A DNA stretch of 64,000 nucleotides from Octopus vulgaris (taxonomy: Eukaryota): positions 31,124,001-31,188,000 of the forward strand of contig OX597835.1 in NCBI GenBank assembly GCA_951406725.2, read 5' to 3'. The translations under genes were made by a program, and so were the position numbers. How positions within the stretch are numbered: position 1 is the stretch's first letter; every line of letters starts with the position of its first letter. Below are positions 1 to 13,012 of the stretch, piece after piece. Below the pieces are notes generated by a model. The model was not told where the DNA came from. It made no database searches and saw only the letters and a program-made list of their open reading frames with translations.

Positions 1-29
1 TTTATCTTTATTTGCTGATTATGTTGGTA

Positions 30-310
30 GGAGCCCGATGCGGTGGGCAGATAAATCCTCTCTACACATAACTGTCTTGAGTTACAAGACTCATAGGACC
101 GGTAAGCCGCTTTCCATGGCATATAAGTCACCAAGATCGCAACGAAACGCCACTCTATCGCAGGTTACTCATTTGCAGAAGGGCTGACAGGAGCAACAAA
201 AAAATAGTCTTTTTCTCAATATGAACGCAGCGCACTACGTGCCCGGCAGTCCAAACCAGGATTTTGCGATCGCCAATGCAACACCCAAACCACTAGGCCA
301 TTGGGTACGT
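30..310 (-). mobile_element. Degenerate tRNA-derived SINE (family C)
   Basis: Minus strand begins tggcctagtggtt (A-box-like) and shares the body (ttgctcc...aatgagtaacctgcga...accgg) with the copy at 39870-40100. Confidence 0.55.
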
Positions 311-460
311 CTTCAGAATAATTAATCTTTGCGAGTATTTTACATTAAGGTGCTCAAAGGATTTTCATGCAACTTATGTATTGTTTGTTGCTATTACATG
401 ATATCCACACATGGAAAGAAAACCGTAACAAGTAAACAAACTCTTTTATATATGTATATA

Positions 461-522
<62 letters not shown>

Positions 523-524
<2 letters not shown>

Positions 525-1320
525 TTAGGGAGTATATCCAAACTTACATGGAAAAATTAGATTTAGGATTAAATCAAATTTCACAGTATAAATATAAATT
601 AAATTAGAGATAAAACCACTATTAGGCAACTCAAACAGTGATAGACATAAACCAAAACATAAAAAAATAATTAATATAATATACAATATATATATAAAAT
701 ATAAAATTTTAAATTTAAATTATTAAAATTTGAAATTTTAAAATTTATATTTATAAATTATTATATTTTGATATTTTTTTTTAATTTTAATTTTTTAAAT
801 TTTCAAATTTTTAAACTATAAATTTTTGTTATTTAAAAAAAATTTTTATACAAACCAAAAACTATCAAAAAGTTAAATATAATATAATAAGTAAAAACTC
901 TACTTATGTTTCATGGCTGTAATTCAATTCGTATTACAATTAAGTTTAAATTCAATTAAAACTTCGAATTAAAATTACAGTCAATCTTCAGGTTAATGAT
1001 AATAGTTAAATAAATAATCAAATAGAGTTAAACTATATTTTTCAATAAATAAATAAATAATAATTTTTCTTATAAAAAAAACTATTATCAAATTAGAAAT
1101 TAAAACATTAGGATTATGTCAATCAACCCATTTATTATGTTAAATATAAATTTATAAGGGAAAAATATAGATAGAAAAATGTATTTATCTTTTAAGATAT
1201 AATATTGCTTTAAAAAGCATAATAAACTCACGAATATCGTAACTCAGTTATAGTCAATATCTAAATTATTAAACAAAGTAGGTAACCCACTGTTTAAAAT
1301 TTTTCCGGGTTCATAGGATT
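523..1320 (-). mobile_element. 5'-truncated Penelope-like element end (family P2), AT-rich 3' region with hammerhead-like motif
   Basis: Clearly homologous to 6850-7400 (accactatt..gcaactcaaa.agtgata; gtttcatggct...caatcttcaggttaatgat). The minus strand near 1320-1245 reads SYEPGKILNSGLPTLFNNLDIDYN*, like an ORF terminus. Flanked by (TA)n/(AAT)n. Confidence 0.6.
893..998 (-). ncRNA. Type-I hammerhead ribozyme-like motif with long helix II
   Basis: Minus strand: CTGAAGA-TTGACTGTAATT...AATTACAGCCAT-GAAAC-ATAA-GTA. Core intact; helix I pairing weak. Confidence 0.55.
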
Positions 1321-1616
1321 ATGCTCAAGATGACTTCGTCATACATACGTGCCATACTTGCTACATTCACCCATCATTTTTTTAAACATTCTCTAGAGAA
1401 AACTTGCCTCTCTACTCTCACTTTCCTTTTCAAGTGATGCTTTAAGAGGTTGATGAGAGCTTGACCAGAAAGAAAAGTGTTTGTCTCCAATCATTTCAGA
1501 CGCGTCCAGTAGATACATTCTTTCGCCATAGCCACAAGAATGATGAAAATAGCTCTTCCTTCGAACGGGAAGGCCTGACAATATTGACGATAGACTCGGC
1601 TGATAAACAGATAGAG

Positions 1617-1653
<37 letters not shown>

Positions 1654-1752
1654 CATAGATAGATAGAAATATATACATATATATATACTGACATACGTGC
1701 GAACATGCACTCATACATGCACACACGCACACACACACATGTGTATAAATAA

Positions 1753-1802
<50 letters not shown>

Positions 1803-1821
1803 ATATATATGTATGTATCTG

Positions 1822-1896
<75 letters not shown>

Positions 1897-2483
1897 AAGT
1901 GTGTGCATAGGCATACAGGCGTTCATATATATATCGATACGGGAAGAAAAATAGTTTCTATACTTGTACATTTAAGCATGTATGTATAGGTGTAACTGTT
2001 ACTTTGAAAGCACTGATAGATGGAAGTATGGATATAAATAAATGAAAATACATAGAAAATACACAAATATCCATACACACACACACACACAAACATAAAT
2101 ACATGTGTATGTCATTATATATGTATGTATGCATGTATGTATGCGTATATGTATGTATAATGTGTGGTGAGAAATGTACCGTTCACGACTGAACGAGTAT
2201 AAATAAACGTTCAACAATTTTTTAAGCTTTGAATTACATGTTAACGCATACATATACATACATACATGCATATATACACTCATAAACACGTGTAGACATG
2301 CATTTACACACATATATATTATATGGCTATATTCAGGATATATGTATTTACATATAAATATTTAATTATTTACGTATATATTTATATATCACTCATGTGG
2401 AACGACAACAAAACATACGTTCATGTGCATGTACTAGCATATAATATATACATAAATATATATATACATATATATATGTATAT

Positions 2484-2536
<53 letters not shown>

Positions 2537-2538
2537 GA

Positions 2539-2575
<37 letters not shown>

Positions 2576-2610
2576 ATAAATACATATATATATATATATA
2601 CATATGTATT

Positions 2611-2647
<37 letters not shown>

Positions 2648-2866
2648 GTATATATGTATGCATAAGTGTAGATATATATATGCAACATATTTATATATAC
2701 GTGAAAGAATATATATATATGTATACATATTCCATATAGTCACATAAAACAACAATATATACATGTATATATATATGTATATATATACATATATGTATAT
2801 ATATATATGTATATTCATATATATACCTGTTCCTGTAATATATGCATAAATAATAATAATGATGAC

Positions 2867-2946
<80 letters not shown>

Positions 2947-3227
2947 TAATAATAATAATAATAAAACAACAACAATAACAATAATGTTAATAATAACAAA
3001 ACCAGTTTTTTTTTAAAGTTATTTTTATGCTCTCCGTTGCGTCCCATAAATTTAGAAGAAAAAAAAGCGAATATTGTACAACCTGCATATAGAAATGAAA
3101 AATGCCTGGGTTAGGAGGGGCAGAACTTGAGACGGGATGTGTTGTATATGGGGGAATGCATATTTACTAGAAGAAAGAGACAGGCGCACACACTTATACA
3201 AATATATACATATATATGCGGTATCAT

Positions 3228-3261
<34 letters not shown>

Positions 3262-3631
3262 GCGTGTTTAAGTGTGTGTGTGTGTGCATATATACTTATA
3301 TGTATATGTCACTCTATGTGTATGAATAGAAATATACGTACATTTCTAAGTACATACAGTAATATACATATGTGCACATGATATAATCATACGCATACAC
3401 ACTCACCCAAACACTATATATATATATGTATATATATATACATAAATATATATATATATATATATATATATCAATATCTATATATCTGCATTTATATATC
3501 TACATCTACATTTATATCTATCTCTCTCTCTATACACACACATACACACACACACACATATATATAGTGTGTGTGTGTGTGAGTATATACGAATATATGT
3601 AGATAAACACGGAAATAGACTTATCGATATA

Positions 3632-3664
<33 letters not shown>

Positions 3665-3675
3665 CAATCCATCTA

Positions 3676-3713
<38 letters not shown>

Positions 3714-3950
3714 CATAAATAGATACATACATACATACATACATACATACATACATACATACATGCATACATACATACATACATGCATTCATAGACAGAA
3801 AGATAGATAAATGAATTATATTATTGCGTTCCATTCGGTAATTTCCTACAAAACTATTTCAATGGTAGACATATCCACGTTTTTAAAACATAGACGCAAT
3901 CACATACATTCATGTAAACTATTGCAAGTATTCTCACATACATACGCGCA

Positions 3951-3985
<35 letters not shown>

Positions 3986-4085
3986 TTATATACAAACATA
4001 TATAAATATATGTGTGTGTGTGTGTGTTTGAGTGTGTGTGTGTGTGTGTGTGAGTATGAATATACTGAAGTATGTATGTACATCC

Positions 4086-4166
<81 letters not shown>

Positions 4167-4467
4167 CATGTATATGTATGCATGTATGTATGCATGTATG
4201 TATGTTTGCATTTATGTATGTATGCATGTATGCATGCATGTATGTATATATATATATATTCAGGGACAGAGACAGAGAGATATATATAAATACATACCAA
4301 ATATAAACAGGTACAGAAATTTGTGGATTTATAGCAGTATTTATACCACGCCCAGTACACTTAGGATAAGCGAGAAACCTACACATGAAAGCATGAATCC
4401 ATATCAACATTCAACAGAATAGGAAATGTTTGCAATATATATATATATGCATATATCCGTGTGTTTT

Positions 4468-4525
<58 letters not shown>

Positions 4526-4556
4526 CATATATTTATATACATATATATATATACAC

Positions 4557-4611
<55 letters not shown>

Positions 4612-4757
4612 CACATATATGTACGTATATGTTTAGAACTATATACTTGTATACATTTGTATACAGCTATAGATTCATACGTACATAGACAGACAGTCAG
4701 GTAAACAGCTATATATACACGTATGTATATATTCAAAAACATAAACAGGGGTACATA

Positions 4758-4806
<49 letters not shown>

Positions 4807-4880
4807 CATATATGTATATATATGTATATAAGCATATGTACATATATATATATATGTATATATGTATACGTTTATATGCG

Positions 4881-4911
<31 letters not shown>

Positions 4912-4972
4912 GTATGTATTTGTTGATATATTCATATATGTATTTATGTATATGTATATATATGAATATATG

Positions 4973-5470
4973 AGACTCAAGAGATTAAGACTATATTCCT
5001 AAGAGCGTAGGCGAGAAAGATATGCCATAATATACATCTGGAAGTTCCTAGAAGGACTTATCCCAAACTTTGGCATCGAGTGTTACACAAATGCCAGAAC
5101 TGGGCGCCATTGCATAGTGCCAAGGACTCCAAATTTGCCATCAACATGTAGAACAAGATACTGTGATAGCCTGGGTATTAGAGTCCCACAGCTCTTCAAT
5201 ATCCTCCCGAAGAACCTGCGAGACCTGCATGGGGTGGATGCAGATGTCTTTAAAATAAAACTGGATTTCTTCCTGTCGGGTGTCCCAGATGAGCCAACTT
5301 CACGGCAGGAGGTGCAGATGAGGGCAGCTGCATCGAACTCTCTCATGCACCAAATGGGAATTGCTAAAAAGCATTCGTGAAGTAAAATCATGTAGCAACA
5401 CCAAATGGCGGTGCCCTAGCATGGCCACAGCTTGTGAGCTGAAACTAGATAAAATAAAAAAAATAAAAAA
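4973..5470 (+). mobile_element. 3' end of a CR1/L2-group LINE (ORF2 C-terminus, 3'UTR, A-rich tail)
   Basis: [31 protein letters not shown]...QLFNILPKNLRDLHGVDADVFKIKLDFFLSGVPDEP...AASNSL is typical of the invertebrate CR1-group ORF2 tail. Ends gtgccctagcatggccacagc..gctgaaac + A-rich. A second tail copy is at 5503-5570. Confidence 0.85.
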
Positions 5471-5572
5471 TGAAAGTATGTGTATGAATATATATATATA
5501 TATGGTGCCCCAGCATGGCCACAGCTCATTAGCTGAAACTGGAAAAATCAAAATCAAATCAAATCAAATCAT

Positions 5573-5664
<92 letters not shown>

Positions 5665-5671
<7 letters not shown>

Positions 5672-5779
5672 ACATTACTCGGTAGTCTACCGAGTAATGT
5701 AACATATTGTATAGATAAATTTCCTCTATTTACATAATATTGAGGTCTCTTTCTTTCTTTTGTTATCTTACCGTTTTAT

Positions 5780-5780
<1 letters not shown>
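5665..5780. repeat. Perfect 21-bp-arm palindrome heading a ~115-bp island within (TA)n
   Basis: atatgttacattactcggtag-t-ctaccgagtaatgtaacatat (5665-5707). Confidence 0.85.
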
Positions 5781-5812
<32 letters not shown>

Positions 5813-6049
5813 TATATATATAAGAATGTGCATGCGTGAAATAAAAAATATAAAAAGGCGACAATGTACCCATCGCAACTACTATGTATGTATATATGTA
5901 TACACACACACACACGCATACACACACACACACAAACACATACACACACACACACACGTACTCGTGTGCAGAAATACTTAATGTTGAGCAACATAAGATT
6001 CAATTCTCCAAATTTGAATGAGAAATTCAAAGATATGTGGATTTCATGA

Positions 6050-6799
6050 ACGTAAAGAACAACGTACCACTAAGATGCTTCATGGAGGTGGCGCAGAACA
6101 CATTCACTTTTGGTGAGTCCCTCTCATACTCAAATTTGACATGGGGATTTTCTTCGCCCTAAATGCGAATATTATGCTTATTGACTTTGCAATTCGTATG
6201 AAATGTGGCCTCATCGCTGAAAGCAAGACGTTCCTTGAACTCGGATTCTTCATGTTTCTCTTGCATATCAACAGAACTGTTTGCGCTTCCGCATTTCATC
6301 TGCGTTATGCCCGTACAAACTGCAGATTGTAGGGTTTCAGTAGCAAGCGTTTCCTCAAGGCGCGCCAAACTGTCGCTGGAGGAATCTGGGTTCCAGACTT
6401 GTTCTTCTTATGGACTTCTTGGGGCTTGGCAAAAATTTCTGGCGAAACCGTTTGACCGTCTCTTCTGATGTTAGTGGCTGTCCATATCCTTTTGCCCTGC
6501 ACAGACAGCCTTCTTCTTTGAATTTTTTGCGCCATGTCCAAATCTGCATAGATGTTGGTGACATTTTAGAGATCTTTCTTACAGATGCACGCTGCACAGT
6601 CTTTTACGACTGTGTTCGAGCATACTCCAACACACAAAACGCCTTTTGTCTTGCAGTGAATGCCATTTCTATACCTGAAAAGATAAACATATCAAACATT
6701 AAACATAAATTGTGACCTGTTTCTACACACGCTGTTAAAATTTGAACTGGCAAAGTTGTTAGATTGTGCAATGATATCAAATTTTTTTAAACACGCTGT

Positions 6800-6800
<1 letters not shown>
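6050..6800 (-). mobile_element. Tc1/mariner-superfamily DNA transposon remnant (DUF4817-type HTH, transposase pseudogene), 5' part only
   Basis: TA+CAGCGTG terminus at 6800. ATG at 6666: MAFTARQKAFCVLEYARTQS*KTVQRA...KKFKEEG...SPKKSIRR...VWRALRKRL..KPY...FSDEATFH..KVNKHNIRI*GEENPH...DSPKVNVFCA, with stops and frameshifts. Confidence 0.85.
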
Positions 6801-6849
<49 letters not shown>

Positions 6850-6854
<5 letters not shown>

Positions 6855-7400
6855 GAATTAGACACAAGACCACTATTATGCAACTCAAATAGTGATACAC
6901 ATAAACCAATACATAAATAACAAATAATATTTATATAATTTTTTTAATATATAACTTATAACTAGATCTCAAAAAGTATAAAATGAATTATAAATATATA
7001 ATATAATAAGTAAATACTCTACGTACGTTTCATGGCTACAATCAAACTCGAATTACAATGAAGTTTAAATTCAATTGAAATAAATTCGAATTAAAATTAT
7101 AGTCAATCTTCAGGTTAATGATATTAGTTAAATAAATAAGCAAATAGAGTTAAACAATATTTATTTAAGAAATAAATAAATAATAATTTTTCTTATAGAA
7201 AAACCTCGATTAATTAAATTAGAAACTTAAAACATTAGGATTATTTCCTACAACACATTTATTATGTTAAATATTTATTTTTAAATTTAAAAAAATAGAT
7301 AGAAATATGTATTTTATCTTTGAAGATATAATTTGGCTTTAAAATCATAATAAACTCTCGAATATCTTTAACTCAGTTATACTCCAATATTTAATTATAA
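6850..7400 (-). mobile_element. Second copy of Penelope-like family P2 end
   Basis: Colinear with 610-1270; bounded by (TA)n on both sides. Confidence 0.6.
7014..7120 (-). ncRNA. Type-I hammerhead ribozyme-like motif with long helix II and palindromic helix III loop
   Basis: Minus strand: CTGAAGA-TTGACTATAATT...GATTGTAGCCAT-GAAAC-GTAC-GTA. Confidence 0.6.
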
Positions 7401-7414
7401 GTTATGTATTAAAA

Positions 7415-7477
<63 letters not shown>

Positions 7478-7859
7478 GAAGAAGAAGAAGAAGAAGAAGA
7501 AGAAGAAGAAGAAGAAGAAGAAGAAGACGATGATGACAACTGCGATGATGATGATGACGATGATGACGCTGATGATGACAAGGATGACGATGGTGGCGAT
7601 GATTTTGACGATGATGACATTGATGATGACTGCGATAATGACGATGATGACGGTTGCGATGATGACGGTTGCGATGATGACAAGGATGACGATGATGATG
7701 ACGATGATGATAATTATGATGATGATGATGATAGTTATGATGAGAACGTGAAATCTTTTACAGTTCCCAACGCGTATTTTGTTGCTAAGCAGCTACAGCC
7801 ACCATCACTGATTCTTGAAATTTCCTCATGTATTTGGTCATTATGTTATAAAAGTATTC

Positions 7860-8660
7860 TTTTCTACTCTAGGCACAAGGCCCTGAATTTTTGCCGAAGG
7901 GTACCAGTCGATTAGATCGACCCCAGTACACAACTTGTACTTAATTTATCGATCCCGAAAGAATGAAAGGCAAAGTTGATCTCGGCGAAATTTGAACTCA
8001 GAACATAAAGACAAACGAAATACCTATTTCTATTTCTTTTACTACCCACAAGGGGCTAAACACAGAGAGGACAAACAAGGACAGACAAACGGATTAAGTC
8101 GCTTATATCGACCCCAGTGCGTAACTGGTACCTATTTAATCGAACCCGAAAGGATGAAAGTCAAAGTCGACCTCGGCAGAATTTGGACTCAGAACATAAA
8201 ACAAACGAAATACCGATAAGCACTTCGCCCGGCGTGCTAACGTTTCTTATTTCTTTACTGCCCACAAGGGACTAAACATAGAGGGGACAGACAAGGACAG
8301 ACAAACGGATTAAGTCGATTACATCGATCCCTGTGTGTAACTGGTTCTTAATTTATCGATCCCGAAAGAATGAAAGGCAAAGTCGATCTCGGTGGGATTT
8401 GAACTCAGAACGTAAAGACAAACGAAATGCCTATTTCTATTTCTTCACTACCCACAAGGGGCTAAACACAGAGGGAAGAAACAAGGACAGACATAGGTAT
8501 TAAGTCGATTACATCGACCCCAGTTCGTAACTGGTACTGAATTTATCGACCCCGAAAGGATGAAAGGCAAAGTCGACCTCGGCGGAATTTGAACTCACAA
8601 CGTAACGCAGACGAAATACCGCTAGGCATTTCGCCCGGCGTGCTAACGATTCTGCCAGTC
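7860..8660 (-). mobile_element. Head-to-tail array of four tRNA-derived SINE family B units
   Basis: Four repeats of ttaatttatcga.cccgaaag.atgaaagg.aaagtcgacctcggcg.aatttgaactcagaac. B-box GTTCAAATTCC on the minus strand. Three units carry the cccttgtggg..aagaaat tail and one the ccttgtgcctagagtagaaa tail. Confidence 0.9.
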
Positions 8661-9165
8661 GCAATTCCCATATGCAATTAATAGCCTTCTTACTATTTCC
8701 CTTCTTACGGGAGACTGTTTTCCATTATTCATCGTTTTCTTTCTCATTGCATGACATATCGGAAGGAACCGAAAGGAAGTGGGGTGTCTTGTGGTGTTAT
8801 TCTGAGTGTAAGGATACTGTTGATGATCGTGGCGACATTGTCCTTGTAGTGGCTTTTCTCATAGCAGGTTCTGTTGATGTTTTGGTTGCTTTGGCCGCTT
8901 CTATCACTTCTCATGTTCTTGTTTATAACGGTGGTGCTGCTGGAGCTAGTGGTCATCATAGAGATTAACATGACGATAATTCTACCCTCAATAACAACTG
9001 AAAATAAGTACGAAAATGAATACCTGCATGTTATAATATTACGGATAGTAAATTCGAAGTTTGCTGGTTATAGTTTTATAGTTTTATCTAAACAATCATT
9101 TCTGCAGCCCGAGAGAGAGAGAGAGCGCGCAGGGGAGAAAAGATAGGAAGAAAAGAAAGAGAAAG

Positions 9166-9283
<118 letters not shown>

Positions 9284-9321
9284 GCAGACAGACAAATAGC
9301 TCTATAGCTATAAAATCATAA

Positions 9322-9392
<71 letters not shown>

Positions 9393-9444
9393 AGTATGTA
9401 TGTATGTATATCTATATAGCTATACTATCATAATCTGATATATA

Positions 9445-9484
<40 letters not shown>

Positions 9485-10343
9485 ATCAAATATATATATA
9501 TATATGCATATATATATGTATATATAAATACATGCATGCATAATACACACACACACAAACGTGTTCCAGAGGCTGCATTTTGACGGTATATTTATGTGTG
9601 TTTATGCGTATATAGCAAGTATACATGCATATACATACATATATATGTTTATGAGTGTGCACGTGTGCATTTGTGCATATGCACGCATAAATAAGTATTT
9701 CAAAGGGTTTTGCAGGTAGTTATGCATGAAATCCGTTTGACCCCGGATATCGTCTGTCAAGTTCATACCACACCTCCATCATATATCACTCCTCCCACGT
9801 ACAACTGTCCTTCTTCCACCTCCCCAGCACCCCAGCACTCCCACACCGGCAATCTCGTTACGCCGATGTAGTTGAAATGGCACAGTTCATATGCAGGGAG
9901 AGAACTATGTCGGGCCGATATATGCACTTATACGTACGTACATACCTGCACGTATACACATATACATATACATATAAACATATATATATATATATATACA
10001 TATATATATTTACATATATTCGTAAATAGAGACATGACACCATTCACACACTTCGACACATGTACATATAACTTAATATAGCATATGTGTTTCGAAATTT
10101 GTACACACTCTTAGACCAGACTTACACTCTTATACATAATTATATATATATACAGAGAGAGAGAGAGACATACATACATACATACATAGAAAGATAGATA
10201 TACGGAGAAAAAGAGAGTAGAGTGAGAGATTGGTGTACCTATATGTATACAAGTATGTTTATATAAACAGATATGGACTATGTGCTCATACATACTCACG
10301 GATATGTACTAAATACATATATATATATTTGTATATGTGTGTG

Positions 10344-10385
<42 letters not shown>

Positions 10386-10425
10386 TGTATGTCTATATAT
10401 GTATATATACACGTCTCTCTCTCTT

Positions 10426-10462
<37 letters not shown>

Positions 10463-10463
10463 G

Positions 10464-10525
<62 letters not shown>

Positions 10526-10966
10526 TAGGTTATGATCAGTGTTGCTCACGTAAGCATATAGATTGCATGCTGATCCGTTGAGACGATTAGTGGAGCCACC
10601 GTTGAAATCGTTTAAGAATCTTCCATGGATGAGAAGACGAATCGTTGTGAAGATGGCAGGAATTAAGGAATGTAGAGGACTAACTCCCGTTCATATCTCA
10701 ACGGATAACACGTGTTTTTCTTGGATTCGATTGATTCAGTTTTAATATTATCTCCCCTTCCTCCGACACTCTCTTCTTTTGTTTCACTTTCGTATATCTT
10801 CAATTCTTCGTTGTTTTTTTTTGTTGTTTTGCATTTTCGATCTTTGTTTTGTTGACTCTCTTTTCTGTTGTACGCTTTCTTTCGTTGCTTCTCATTCTAC
10901 AACTCACTCTCTCTTCTTCTCACTTTTGTCTGATATGTATATGTATATGTATATATATGTATATGT

Positions 10967-11042
<76 letters not shown>

Positions 11043-11133
11043 GCATACATATATATAGACACACAGACACACATGTACGGTTCTGTGCAAGTTTGTTCAC
11101 CTATGGATATACATGTGTATATATCTATGAAGA

Positions 11134-11183
<50 letters not shown>

Positions 11184-11299
11184 TATATTTATACATATAT
11201 ATGTATATATACATATATATACATATATATGTATATATACATATATATACATATATATGTATATATACATATATATACATATATATGTATATATGTAAG

Positions 11300-11335
<36 letters not shown>

Positions 11336-11427
11336 ATGTATGCATATATATATGTATATATATATATGATATGAAAGTCTATATGTCTTCTGTGTGCGCG
11401 TATATATATGCGTACACACCCACACCC

Positions 11428-11494
<67 letters not shown>

Positions 11495-11944
11495 TACCGT
11501 CAGTAACTCATAAATCCGAAAGAGATACACACTCCAAGTCTAGAGCATTAGACTTACACAAATACAGACAGATATGCCGGGACTATGAAAAAGTAATCTT
11601 TCTATCCAACTAAACATGGATGTCTCTTTAGAACGCCGAATACTGCATTATTAGCGTTGAGAGATCCTCTCATATAAGCGCTTGAACTATAAAAGCACAG
11701 ACAGAGATTGTAACAGACAAAATTCCTGTATCATAGGCAGTGGGATTCCCATATCGCGTCATTTCCTTCTACTGGAATTCATCAGTTGCTGGCACCACTT
11801 TCAGCATGCGAGTAAAATCCGTTGTATTTTATAGAATTTCAGCATCTTTTATTCACGTTCATATCGCAAATAGCCAGTAGGCTTTTCAAATTGGTATTAT
11901 TACTGCTTCCGTGGCTAATTCTTTCATTCTTTCATTCTTTTATT

Positions 11945-12156
11945 CTTTTACTTTGTTCACTCATTTGATGGCAGTCTTGTTGGAAAACCGCTTTGAAGGC
12001 TCTTTTTTTTAGTCGAAGAAATCGACTCCCGGACTTATTCTTCGTAAGCCTAATACTTACACTATCCGTTTCATTTACCTAAAGGCTATGTTACGGCGAT
12101 GCAAACACACCAATATCGGTTGTCAAGAAACGGTGAGGAGACAAACACAGACACAC

Positions 12157-12192
<36 letters not shown>

Positions 12193-12355
12193 GACGGGCT
12201 TCTTTCAGTTTCCGCCTTCGAAGTTCATGCACAAGTCTTTGGTCGGCCCTAGGATATCGTAGAAAACACTTGCCCGAGGAGTCAACAAGTGGGACTGAAC
12301 CCGGAACCATGTGGTTGGGAAACAAGCTTGTTACCACACATTCACGCCTGCGCCT
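11945..12355 (-). mobile_element. tRNA-derived SINE family A, full length
   Basis: Head ggcgcaggcgtg..tgtgtggtaa..ggttccgggttcagtcccact, central gggcaagtg...cggaaactgaaagaagcccgtc, internal microsatellite, tail ...caaatgagtgaacaaagtaa. Confidence 0.9.
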
Positions 12356-12439
12356 AACTTACAATAAGTCTATTGGCTATTTGTGACATCAGCGTCTGAA
12401 AGGATACTGAAATTCTGAAAATCATATGTTAAGATTATC

Positions 12440-12646
12440 CTTTATTCTTTTATTTGTTCCTGTCATTTGACACTGGCCATGCTGGAGCACTGTCTTTAGT
12501 CGAACAAATCGACCCCACGACTTATTCTAATGCTAAATATGCTGAAACACGTGCTTATAGTGATGAATTATATGGTTATGGACGATGTGTCTAGTTTCGG
12601 CATATTTGGCATTAGAAGTTTTTTCTTTTGCCTTTGTTTATAAGTT

Positions 12647-12714
<68 letters not shown>

Positions 12715-12748
12715 CATATATGTATGTATGTATGTATGTATAAATATA

Positions 12749-12795
<47 letters not shown>

Positions 12796-12804
12796 GTATA
12801 AATA

Positions 12805-12855
<51 letters not shown>

Positions 12856-13012
12856 GGCGTGCTTCTCTTAGTTTCCTTCTATCAACTCCACGCACAAGTC
12901 TTCGGTCGGCCCGGTGCTATAGTACAAGACAGTAGCCCAAGGTGTTACGCAGTGGGACTGAACCTGGAACCATGTAGTTCAGGAAGCAAGCTCCTTACTA
13001 CACAGCCACGCC
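12440..13012 (-). mobile_element. SINE family A copy interrupted by a hairpin insert and (TA)n
   Basis: Tail at 12440-12525 and head at 12855-13012. Confidence 0.75.

Noticed and set aside
1320-1610. Unique segment with a 105-aa minus-strand ORF
   Set aside because: No recognisable motif, and the ORF start lies in microsatellite; cannot be supported.
7860-8660. Repeat-spacer appearance suggesting a CRISPR array
   Set aside because: The units are ~200-bp SINE copies found all over the window; eukaryotic DNA with no cas genes.
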